IMG/VR virus record: IMGVR_UViG_3300008255_000224 | Coordinates: 1 to 40,528 of that record | From: a virus | Taxonomy: Duplodnaviria; Caudoviricetes | Length of the DNA: 40,528 nucleotides | Strand: one strand, 5' to 3' | Shown here: in pieces, positions 16,307-26,900 of the stretch | Layout of the letters: each line of letters opens with the position of its first letter | Numbering within the stretch: position 1 is the stretch's first letter | Translations under genes and position numbers: made by a program | Notes under the pieces: generated by a model | Seen by the model: the letters and a program-made list of their open reading frames with translations, nothing else | The model's database searches: none | Told to the model about the DNA's origin: nothing

Positions 16307-19300
16307 TGGCGATTCTGAAGATCCGGAACGAAACGAATACAGGCTGGTATGAACTTGGTGCGGCCGGAGCTCAAGGAGCTCAGGGTGCCCAGGGTTCAGT
16401 CGGTGCCCAGGGATCGGTCGGGGCACAGGGAGACCAGGGCGTTGCCGGATCTACAGGTGCTCAAGGTGCCCAGGGACAGGCTGGAGCCCAGGGAAGCGTA
16501 GGAGCTCAGGGGGCAGACGGAGCTCAGGGCAATCAGGGCGTTGCCGGTGCGACAGGTGCTCAAGGGACACAGGGCGATGCCGGTGCCCAGGGATCAGTCG
16601 GGGCTCAAGGTGCGAACGGTGCCCAGGGGAATGACGGTGCGGCTGGAGCGACCGGTGCTCAAGGGACGCAGGGAGAAGCCGGTGCCCAGGGATCAGCCGG
16701 TGTTCAGGGGGCAGACGGAGCTCAGGGCAATCAGGGCGTGGCCGGATCGGCCGGAGCTCAGGGGACGCAAGGCTTGACTGGATCCCAGGGATCAGCCGGA
16801 GCCCAGGGTGCGAATGGTGCCCAGGGAGCAGTCGGTTCCCAGGGAAACCAGGGATACCAAGGCCAAACCGGAGCTCAGGGAGCGGCCGGATCGCAAGGAT
16901 CGGTCGGTGCCCAAGGTGCCCAGGGAGCGGCCGGTGCAGTCGGGGCGACCGGCATCACATGGAGAGGAACATGGGGCAGTGGAACAGCGTATGCCGTCAA
17001 TGATTGCGTAGCTCTCACTGGAACCTCATATATCTGCATACAGGCTCATACAAATCACACGCCGCCAAACGCTACTTATTGGAATGTTCTCTCTCTCGTT
17101 GGTACGCAGGGTAGCCAAGGTGCCCAGGGAAGCGTAGGAGCCCAAGGTGCGACCGGTGCGGCCGGAGCCCAGGGGGCATCGGGAGCTCAAGGTTCTCAGG
17201 GTGCGGCCGGAGCTCAGGGATCGGCCGGAGCCCAGGGAACGCAAGGCAGACAAGGTTATCAGGGACAGACCGGAACGACAGGTTCACAGGGAGCTACAGG
17301 AGCGGCCGGAGCTCAGGGAAACCAGGGAGCGGCAGGTGCCCAGGGAGCGGCAGGTGCCCAGGGAGCGGCAGGTGCCCAGGGAAGTCAGGGTGCGACCGGT
17401 AATGTCGGTGCCCAGGGATCCGTGGGAGCTCAAGGAAACCAGGGTTTGACCGGAGCACAAGGAGCGACCGGTGCCGTGGGTAGTCAAGGTGCCGCAGGTG
17501 CGGCAGGTGCCCAGGGAGCGGCCGGAGCTCAGGGAAACCAGGGAGCGGCAGGTGCCCAGGGAGCGGCAGGTGCCCAGGGAAGTCAGGGTGCGACCGGTAA
17601 TGTCGGTGCCCAGGGATCTGTTGGTGCCCAGGGCGATGATGGTGCGGTCGGTGCCCAGGGAAGCCAAGGTAGTCAAGGAAGTCAGGGTGCTCAGGGAGCA
17701 CAAGGGTTGCTCGGATCAGTGCTGGCGTCCGCCGTGGCTATTAGTGCCGGTGGATATTTCAAGATCGGATCAGGCACGAAGGACAGCACTCTGAACGGGA
17801 TACAGATCGACAGTATAGAAATTGTTTGCCAGACGAGCGGAGCCGATACGGTGGCGATTGGATCCGCAGGAATAGTCGTCTCAGGGGCTAGTGGAATAGT
17901 CGTAGCGAAAGCCGCAGACGTATCACTGCTTGGAGACAGTATGGATGACTGGGGCAGGATCATCTGGAAGCGAACTGGAACTTCTACCCCCAATATTGAC
18001 ATTGCTGGATATGTCGATGCGAGCGGATATACAACATTAGCAATATCAACAAACAGCGTCGCCGCCGGCAAGGCATCTCTGTACTTCGGAGATACGCCTG
18101 AATCAGAGAATTGGTACGATATCTATATGTACGCAGGACACAATATAGAGGCACGCATAGGTACATACTTCTATTTGAAAAGTGCAGATTTTTCACCCAC
18201 TACATTTCTGACCGTCCAAAACACAATAGGCGAAGCTGTCTTCACATTTAACAATCAGATTATTGTGGGTGCCAACACAGATGTTGTGAATATACTTGGC
18301 AGAGCGAAGATCGGATATAACGGCACTAACTCAGATGTTGCTTGTTTTTCTCATTATGACCAAATGTCTAATGTAGCTTTTAATGTGGCAAGTGTTTCCA
18401 ATGGTGATCTAATTCTTAATGCAAAAACAGGACGAACAGTTTATATCCGCAACAACGCATCGACCACGAAACAGACTTATTTTAACTCAAGCGGCATGTG
18501 GACTATTGCCGCTTCGATTTACGGACTGAGTCTCAGCACATCGGACAATGCAAATGTCGGGATATTGGGTGTTTATAGTGATGATTTTATCTGGGATGGT
18601 CTACGGTCGGTCAACTATTATGTCCCATCCTATGGGGTAGGATTTATGCCGGTCAATACTGGATACAATGGAGCAAAAGGGCTCGTCCTGTCCAGCTGGG
18701 GGGGAGTTGTAATATTCGGCGGAAATGGGCTAGGTTGGCAGGTGCGAAACGATGGAAGAAACCGGTCATGGTCAATTGATCCCAAAACTACAGGAACGTA
18801 TGATCTGGGTTCGTCTGCCCTCCATTGGAACAAGCTCTGGGGCTACCATTGGGGATCAACCGGTGACATCGTAGGAGATCAGAGTTTTATATGTGTGAGT
18901 GCCGCCGGTAAAAATATAGGATCATCCTCTGCTTACTGGAATGCAATAAATTACAAGACGCTGATCGACAGAGGATGCTTGGGGTGGTTTGATGAGGGCG
19001 TCTATATGCCTGACGGCAATAAATATGACGACCTCACTGCACTCACTAAGATTAAAAAGCATCCAACGGAGAAAACGGTGTATGGTATACCAAAATTGGA
19101 TTATGACACTTTCCCAATAGTATCTCAAAGGAAAACATTCGTTGCGAAAAAGGACATTAAGAAATACGAAATAATGGAAGATGGATCAATGGCCGTGCAG
19201 GATTTCCCAAAGGGAGAGAAGGTCGGAGTAGATGGAGTAGAGATGACATCGATGTTCTCCATTATGATAGGAGCACTTAAGCAAGCAAAACTCGAACTGG

Positions 19301-19347
19301 ACACTCTGAAAGCTAAAATCGCAAAATTAGAAAACAAGGCCGTATAA
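16306..19347 (+). CDS. Collagen-like tail fibre with CBM5/12-like module, beta-rich tip and chaperone-like C-terminus
   Basis: Two G-X-Y blocks flanking [17 protein letters not shown]...YW; C-terminal [18 protein letters not shown] coiled coil as in S74-type chaperone tails. Confidence 0.85.
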   Translation: MAILKIRNETNTGWYELGAAGAQGAQGAQGSVGAQGSVGAQGDQGVAGSTGAQGAQGQAGAQGSVGAQGADGAQGNQGVAGATGAQGTQGDAGAQGSVGAQGANGAQGNDGAAGATGAQGTQGEAGAQGSAGVQGADGAQGNQGVAGSAGAQGTQGLTGSQGSAGAQGANGAQGAVGSQGNQGYQGQTGAQGAAGSQGSVGAQGAQGAAGAVGATGITWRGTWGSGTAYAVNDCVALTGTSYICIQAHTNHTPPNATYWNVLSLVGTQGSQGAQGSVGAQGATGAAGAQGASGAQGSQGAAGAQGSAGAQGTQGRQGYQGQTGTTGSQGATGAAGAQGNQGAAGAQGAAGAQGAAGAQGSQGATGNVGAQGSVGAQGNQGLTGAQGATGAVGSQGAAGAAGAQGAAGAQGNQGAAGAQGAAGAQGSQGATGNVGAQGSVGAQGDDGAVGAQGSQGSQGSQGAQGAQGLLGSVLASAVAISAGGYFKIGSGTKDSTLNGIQIDSIEIVCQTSGADTVAIGSAGIVVSGASGIVVAKAADVSLLGDSMDDWGRIIWKRTGTSTPNIDIAGYVDASGYTTLAISTNSVAAGKASLYFGDTPESENWYDIYMYAGHNIEARIGTYFYLKSADFSPTTFLTVQNTIGEAVFTFNNQIIVGANTDVVNILGRAKIGYNGTNSDVACFSHYDQMSNVAFNVASVSNGDLILNAKTGRTVYIRNNASTTKQTYFNSSGMWTIAASIYGLSLSTSDNANVGILGVYSDDFIWDGLRSVNYYVPSYGVGFMPVNTGYNGAKGLVLSSWGGVVIFGGNGLGWQVRNDGRNRSWSIDPKTTGTYDLGSSALHWNKLWGYHWGSTGDIVGDQSFICVSAAGKNIGSSSAYWNAINYKTLIDRGCLGWFDEGVYMPDGNKYDDLTALTKIKKHPTEKTVYGIPKLDYDTFPIVSQRKTFVAKKDIKKYEIMEDGSMAVQDFPKGEKVGVDGVEMTSMFSIMIGALKQAKLELDTLKAKIAKLENKAV
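16357..17721 (+). repeat. Gly-X-Y repeats (about 67 + 69 triplets) with 99-bp and 18-bp higher-order units
   Basis: GS[VA] triplets recur at 16492, 16591, 16690, 16789; GCGGCAGGTGCCCAGGGA is present x3 versus x2 in duplicated blocks near 17300 and 17516. Confidence 0.95.
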
Positions 19348-19367
19348 TTATCACAAGGAGCATAGCA

Positions 19368-20897
19368 ATGGCAGTCACCAACCTCAACCAATACTACACC
19401 GACAAGGGACAGAAGCTCCCTACCCTCCAGGATCGCAGCCTGCTGTACGAGCAGTACGGCCTCGGGACTGCACGATCATACGAGGGGACAGCCCAGCAGA
19501 ACACGGCACTCCTGGGTGCTCTGTACCAGGCTGACAGTGCACCGCCGGCACCGGCCGCTCAGCCGGAACCAGTGGCACCGGCACCGGTAGCCGCCGCTCT
19601 AGTAGACACGACCACCCTGGCCACGCCCACGCAGGCACCGGTGACCGCTCCAGCTACACCTGTCTCCAACATTCCGGAGAACGCTACCTTCTTCACCAGG
19701 TACGGCCAGGGTGCCCATCTGGTGAAGTTCAACAACGATCCGACCGTCTTTGTCCAGGATGCATCAGGCAAGATCCTGGCTCGGTATGGAACGCCGGCCG
19801 AGGCTGTAGCTGACTATGGCTCCAACTGGCAGTCCAGCATCCAACAGGGTATGCCGATCACCAACAATGTGCTCCGTCAGTTCGATCCTAGATCTGGCGT
19901 AGCGGCGTATGGCTTCGACATTGGTGGCAATCCCTACTATTTCGGCAATCCTGATACCGCCTATGAGGCCTACGGTACAAACGACTGGAACACCATCAAC
20001 AGCCGTGTCTCGAATACCATGGATCAATCAGATCCTACCGGCATGGAGATCGGAGCGGAGAACCTTCTTACCCAGCTGGACACTCAGAACGATGAGCTGG
20101 TGAATTACCTGACCACTGGATACGACACTGAGTATGTGAGCCTTGGCCTGGGTGAGATCAAGACCAATATCACGAACCTGGATAGCCAGATCGCAACCGT
20201 CACAGCACAGCGTGATGCGGCGATTGCTACCACAAAGGCCAATCCTGGCATGAGTGCGGCGGCGATCACCGGCGATGTTGGTGCCCTGGTGGATAAATAC
20301 AATGCCCAGCTCGGTGCCCTGGTCGGTCAGCGGAACAGTATGGCGGAATCCTACAACACTGGGATCTCCCAGCTCCAGACCAAGATGGGTCTCAATGTCC
20401 AGGGACAACAGCAGGGGATCACTGGCACCCAGACGCAGTACAACGCAGTCACCGGCCGGATGGATGCACAGAGCGAAGCGGCTACCACCGCTCTCCAGAT
20501 GCAACTTGATCAGGCCAACAATGATCGTGGCTTTGAGATCCAGGAGTTCAACGCCGAGACCAGCCGATATACCGCCACGAAGCCAAGGAGCACAACGACA
20601 TCCACACCAAAAGAAGAAAAACCAACCTATACTAGAACACTGTCGAATGGCGAGACCATTGAGATCTCCGCTACAGCATATGCCAAAGAAGTCGAGAAAG
20701 ATGCCAAGAACCAGGCCGAGATCGACATCCAGGCCGACATCGACTATGTGCTGCCGTTCTTCGAGAGCTGGTCAGATGGCAAGGCTGGCTACTCCTATGA
20801 CTACATCTTCCAGAAGCTGAAATCTACCTATGGTACATGGTACAGTGATGAAAAACTGAGAGAAGCCTTGTATGAGCGTGGTATAGAAGCAGAATAA
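19368..20897 (+). CDS. Probable internal virion/DNA ejection protein with DUF3597-like N-terminus
   Basis: RSLLYEQYGLG...YEGTAQQNTALLGAL; Pro/Ala/Thr linker; long Gln/Ala/Thr-rich helical region. Confidence 0.55.
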   Translation: MAVTNLNQYYTDKGQKLPTLQDRSLLYEQYGLGTARSYEGTAQQNTALLGALYQADSAPPAPAAQPEPVAPAPVAAALVDTTTLATPTQAPVTAPATPVSNIPENATFFTRYGQGAHLVKFNNDPTVFVQDASGKILARYGTPAEAVADYGSNWQSSIQQGMPITNNVLRQFDPRSGVAAYGFDIGGNPYYFGNPDTAYEAYGTNDWNTINSRVSNTMDQSDPTGMEIGAENLLTQLDTQNDELVNYLTTGYDTEYVSLGLGEIKTNITNLDSQIATVTAQRDAAIATTKANPGMSAAAITGDVGALVDKYNAQLGALVGQRNSMAESYNTGISQLQTKMGLNVQGQQQGITGTQTQYNAVTGRMDAQSEAATTALQMQLDQANNDRGFEIQEFNAETSRYTATKPRSTTTSTPKEEKPTYTRTLSNGETIEISATAYAKEVEKDAKNQAEIDIQADIDYVLPFFESWSDGKAGYSYDYIFQKLKSTYGTWYSDEKLREALYERGIEAE

Positions 20898-20909
20898 TAG
20901 GGAGCATTC

Positions 20910-23900
20910 ATGCCGATACGAGCCTTTGTAAAACGATCAGAACAGGCCAACACGCCAACGCCGGCGGCCGCCGCTCCAGCTCCTGCACCTACCAGGAGAG
21001 CGTTTGGTTACAACCTCCGGCCAGCTCCTGCACCGGTGGATACCACGATCAGATCCGCACTCCCTGGCCAGCCATTGCAGACCACGACACCGATGCAGTC
21101 CATGATGTTCCAGCCTCTCGGTGCCACTGCTAGCACTCCTGGGCTGTCAGTGCCATTTACCAACAATGCCGGCAGGATCAACCTTGGCGGAGATCTCACT
21201 GTGAACGGAGCCAGGCCGTCCGGCCTTGGTGTCCTTGATAGCAGCGGTCTCGATGTCAAAGGTGCCTTGTCTCGTCTCACGCAGATGGAAATGATGCCAG
21301 CTCCCCAGGCTCAGGCTGGTCTCCCTGGTATGTCCGGATCCGGATCAGGTATGCAGATCTCCAGGACTGACAATCTCACGGTCGGTGAGACCGGCGGTAC
21401 TGGATCTAATGCCCTGTTCCCTGAACAGGCGGACGAGCAGTACCGAAAGTCGGCGACAGATCTCAGTGACTTGGACAAGTTCACACTGGGACTGGCTCGT
21501 GCATCTGATCCAACAATTATGAGCTTTCTATCATCAGATTCTGATGTCCAGTTTGACAATAACGACTTCTTCACCGGACTTGGTGCTGGAGTAGGGATAC
21601 TGATCAATGCCCCAATCCAAATGATCAAGGCCCCTGGATCCTACGGAACAGAGGGTATCAGGAAATCTATCGAACAGAATGATGCTCCGATTCCCCTAGC
21701 GATCCTGCGTGGACTTGGATATGGTGCGGCTGATATGGCGTATGACACCGGTGCTTTTGCTATAGGAGAAGCTAAATCCCTCATCGATGGAACACTTTGG
21801 AAACAATTTCAGACATCACCTATTGAAGCTCTCGCCAGGGTGGCCGTGGATGTCTACGCCGCAAGAGCCGCATACCTGGGTGTAAAAGCTACCGTGAAGC
21901 CATACCTCACCGAGCCAATGATGAAGGCCACCGGCTTTGGCAACTGGGAGCTGATCACGAGGGATGTAGTCTACAAGATCCAGAACGCCAAGCCTGGCGA
22001 GGTGGTAGGCTTCACGCCGGCCGAGGCTCAGGTATACAAACTCCTGGACAATAGGATCAAACGCAAGATCGCCAATGTGAATAATCCTACGCCCATGGAA
22101 GCCAGGACAGTCACCAGCTCCATGTTCAATGGTGTGAAGGACAATCCTATCGCCAAGGGTGTCGCTCGTGTGTTCGGTATTAAGGATCAAATCGTAAAGG
22201 GCACCGAGGTGATGAGTGCTCAGACCAGGGGAACATCGATCCCAGTGCCGGCCGTACCAGAAGCTCCGAGATCTCTCGGCACTGGTGCTGTAACAAATCC
22301 TGATGCTGCACCTGGAGTGCCCAGCGAGATTTTGAAAAATGTGATCAATGATACGAAGGCAACTCCTGCACAGAAATTGCAGGAACTGATAGACAGAGAA
22401 AAGGTCTATGATCTATCTCCTGATCAGATCGTCCAGGTCAATCAATACAAATCGCTCCTGCAAGATCTGATCAAAAAGGAAGAGGAAATCAAACGCATAT
22501 CGAACGCAAAGCCCTCCACAAAAGCTGATCAATCACTGATCGACTCTGTTGTTGGGAAGCTGGACAAAGATGAGGCACTGGCAAAGACCTTCACAGTGGA
22601 GAAGTTCATCGATCAGACGACCAAAACATACAAAATGGCTGAGGATCCAGATGATATGCCTGGACTCGGCAAGCGTGTCATTGAAGATGTCTCCATGAAG
22701 GTGAGTGATATTCTCAAAGATATGGAATGGGAGCAGGCGTTCAAGAGATCTGTGGAAGGGAATACGGCAATCGAGAACAGCCTGGCAAAAGCTGAGGAAT
22801 ACAGCCGAGAGTTCGCAAAATTGAATCCGACTATCTATTTTGGTGGTGCGAGATCCTTTACGATCCCTGTCCTACCTGTCCAGACACAGCCAGATAGCAA
22901 AAATCAGGCACCTACAAGCCCCCAGGAGGCCGTTTCGGCTCCAAGTGGTACATCCGGTCATCCGGAGGTTCAATCTGCCCAGCCTGCCCCTACCATTAAG
23001 GAAGAAACAACCTTCTATCGTGGTGGTGGACACGGATCAATGCCGAAAGGAATGACGGCAGCCGACATCATAAATTACGAGAGAGACGAACTAGGCAACG
23101 CAGACATAACAGTAGAGCCTGGAATCGAAATTGAGTGGTTGAAAGCAGACAGCCTCATATGGCTCACAGAGAGCAAGGATGCTGCGGCAGAATACGGAGA
23201 TGTAGAGCCGGTCAAGATCTCGAACTATAAGATTGTTGCCAGAGACGGACAGGGTGGTGTATTGGTATGGCCTGTCAAAACTCCAGCCACGGGAACGAAC
23301 CAGAGAACAGCAGACCAGATCGCCGCCGATCAGAAACAGAAGGATGCCGTAGAGAAACTGGAACAGGAGAATGGTCAGATCCTATCGAAGGCCAGGCTGT
23401 ACGATACGGCGGCCAGTCGTGTAAGGCAGGGACGATCTACCCAGGCGGAGTTCAATGATCTCCAGGCCAAGGGTATGCTTTCCACCGAAGAGGAATACCA
23501 GCAAGCCCAGGAGATCAGGAAGCAGATCCAAGCGATCAAGGACACTCCAGTGGGATCACTAGTGCAGTCTGGTGAAAAATCACCGGTGCCTAGCGAAAAA
23601 TCACCGGCGAAGCCCTACGATCCGGCCAAGGAGATCCTAGCGGCTACGCAGGAACCAACTACCTCACCAACGACCAAACCAACTACCTCAGATCCTGAAA
23701 AGACCATGACTATTGGTGAGCTCCCTTTCCTGGATCCAGTGGAATACGCCGATGTGGCGGACATCCCAGTGGAGTTCAACGCAGAGACACCATCCGCTCA
23801 GATCGTTCTCGCAAAGTATGAGGATGAGAATGGTATCGTGGTTTCCCAGGAGGTTGTGAAGATCTGGCTCAATCCGATGCTGGATGATAAAGAAGCCAAG

Positions 23901-26900
23901 ATCTCCATGATCCATGAGATCCAACACGCTCGTGATGTAAGAGCTGGGATAATCCTGGAGCCGGAGTTCACGCCGGAGCAGAAAGACTGGCTACTGACAC
24001 CGGAAGGCCGGACGGCAGTAAATATGGAAAAAGCAAAGATGCCAGCTGGCACTCCTATAGAGGATGTCGCCATGAAGGTTCTCCATGATCGCTACGAAGC
24101 GACACCGCAGGAAGTCAGGGCGAGACAGGCCGTAGAGGATGCAAAAGCAAAAGATGAGGTACTATACAAAAGCCACAAGGTCGGAGATCTCCACTCCATC
24201 GGAGGGATCCCTAGTGAGCTGGTCAGGCTCGAGAGCTACGATGGCGTGGACTACGAGCTGTGGGACTCGGCCGGTCTCGATTCAACTGTGGCTACTATCC
24301 GTGTGTACGACACTGGAGCTGGCGAGTTCGTCACGATCCAGAAGTACAAAGATTTTGACAAAGCAGAGGAGGTCTACAACACCGAGACCAAGATCCTCAA
24401 GAAGATGGATGCTCCGGCCAAAAAGCCAGAATGGGGCAATCCGGAGGACATAAAGAAAGCCCAGGTGTCGGCGAAGGCCGGCGAGATCCTGGATGCGAAG
24501 AAGGCAAAGGAAAACGCCGCAAGTGCTCAAGACATGGCCACCAGGACTTCACTACCTGGCTTTGGTGCCGAGATCCGTACCGGCCAGCAATCGATCTTCG
24601 ATGTGAAGCCGGATCTGGAAGTGGTCGCCACGGCCGTAGAAAAAGACGGTAAAAGTCTGACGACAGAAGAACAGTCTGACTATCTCAGGTTCACCTTGCA
24701 GGACATGGTAAACAAAGAGATCACCGCCATGATCCCCGAACTGGAAAACGCCACAGTGGGAGAACGGATCATCGCCGGAGAACAGGATGGATATGTGAAG
24801 AACGGAACCTGGATCGGTGTTAAAGCGGTATTCCCTAGCTGGTACTATCAGCTTCCCTACACGCCGGCCAGAGCGGACATCATCAATATCATGCAGAACG
24901 AGGATTCGGATTCAATGATCAGAGATAAATTAAAGGAGATTGCCCATGACCGCCTTCTCAACGGCTCAGAAGAAAAGACAGGCTTTGGAAAGATCCCAGC
25001 AGACGAAAACTACAAAGCAGTATTTGAAGAGTTTTCCAAAACGAACGCACCGGACACCGCTCAGCGAACAGCAGATCAGGATAGTGAACAACATAATCAG
25101 AAGCCGGAGCTAGTCAACGCTCCCCCAGTAAAAACTCCGAGCTTCACTGAAAAGGTGAAAGCAGGAGACAGAAGTGCCGTGATCCCGAAGGTCTCTGAGG
25201 TAACTGTAGATGGTGTTACTCTGGAAAAGTTCGAGAACAGCACAGTTAAGATCATGGATGAAACTCTAATGACAACGAGTGCTGGCATCAGAGTGGCAGG
25301 GCGTTTCGTAGATCTCGGTTTAGGTGTCGGATCCAGGATAGGATTTGTACATAAATCCAATACTGGTGCATGGATGGTAGCTGATTATGAGACTGGGATA
25401 GCCTATGGAGGCAATAAGACACGCACTGAGGCATTAGAGACAGCCAGGAAATTGATCATCAACGGATGGCAGAACTTCCCTATCATCATCCAGGGTAGCA
25501 GGAAAGTGAACGAACTACCTGCCAGCATGATGATTGAAAAGCCACAAGGGAGTATAATACAGCCAAAGGCAGAGACTATTAAACCGGAGGTGCTAGATGG
25601 CCAATCAGCCGATGCAGGTGCTGGGAGTAGCGATAACGCCGGAGAAGTACCCGATGCTCAGCGACTGGGATCCGCAGACACTGGAAAAGCAGATACTGTC
25701 AACGGTGAACCGACTGTACGAGGGGAACCTCAAGGCAGTGCCGTCAGCATTATCGATGCTGGAGATGGATCTGGCGGCCGAAAGAGCGGTACAGCTGTCA
25801 TACATCCCACCAGACGAACCGTAAAGAAAACAGCGACCTCTCGCCTGGCACTCAACCAGCAGGTCGAAGAGATCATCCATAGCAAAGGCAACGAAGAACG
25901 CTTCGATCCAGCCGCATACGATGAGGCAGAGAAACGGATTCTCTCTCAGTATAGCGGCTACGGTGGTATCCGTGAGCGTGAGGATGGCCAGGTGGACGGT
26001 GCCCTGGATGAGTTCTTCACGCCTTCCAAGCTGGTACGGTTCACCTACAAAAAGCTGATCGACATCATGGGTGCTGATGCCCTGGCCAAGGTGGAGTATG
26101 TGGTGGAGCCTGCCATCGGCACCGGTAACTTTGTCGCTTTCAGCCCACTGGCCGACACCAAGTTCCATGGCTACGAGATCAACACCTACTCGGCAGTGGT
26201 ATCAAAAGTGCTCAATCCTGGCATGGTCATGGAGACCAAGGAGAAGCAGAAAAAGACGGATTATTATTCCTACCATCCAATCTACGAGACGATCCCTCAG
26301 GGATTCCAGGAACAATTCATACAGGACAATACCGGCGGACATCTGCCGGAGCCCTATGCGGATCTGGTCGTGGGCAATCCTCCCTATGGCAAATACATCG
26401 GGGAGGCAAAAGGAATGGGCGAGGGTACCGAGTTTGGCACCTTCATCGAATACTTCATTGGCCGTGGCCTGGCGATCCTCAAGGATGGCGGACACCTGGC
26501 CTATGTCGTGGACAGCCGGTTCCTGCGTGGAGCAAGTAGCAAAGGCAAGGAAGCGATTGCTCGGCTCGGTGAGTTTGTCGGTTCCTATCGGTTCCCCAAT
26601 GGAGCCTTTGGCGAGACCGGCACCGATGTCGGAACAGATCTGGTGATCTTCAAACGGATCCCCACTGAGGACAGCCTGGTGATCAGTGGCCGTGTCGCTC
26701 GGATGTCCAATATCTCTGACGAAGTGATGATGCAGAAAACGCCAGAGAATATCTTTGGTGAGCCTGGTGTGCGTTCTGGTCGCTTCGGAGAGGAACCATT
26801 CGTTAAAGGCTCCATGGCGGACATCCCCACGGTGGACAACGAGGACTTTGTTGAGGTCAGATCTCATCCGTCCAATGTGACCAGCAAGGCCAAGATTATC

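Noticed and set aside
16357-17721. CRISPR array or DGR repeats
   Set aside because: Repeats are in-frame Gly-X-Y codons with no unique spacers and no adenine-specific variation.
22912-22966. Similarity to 35250-35305 (CTACAAG...TGG...TCAT)
   Set aside because: Too short and unevenly spaced to distinguish from chance.
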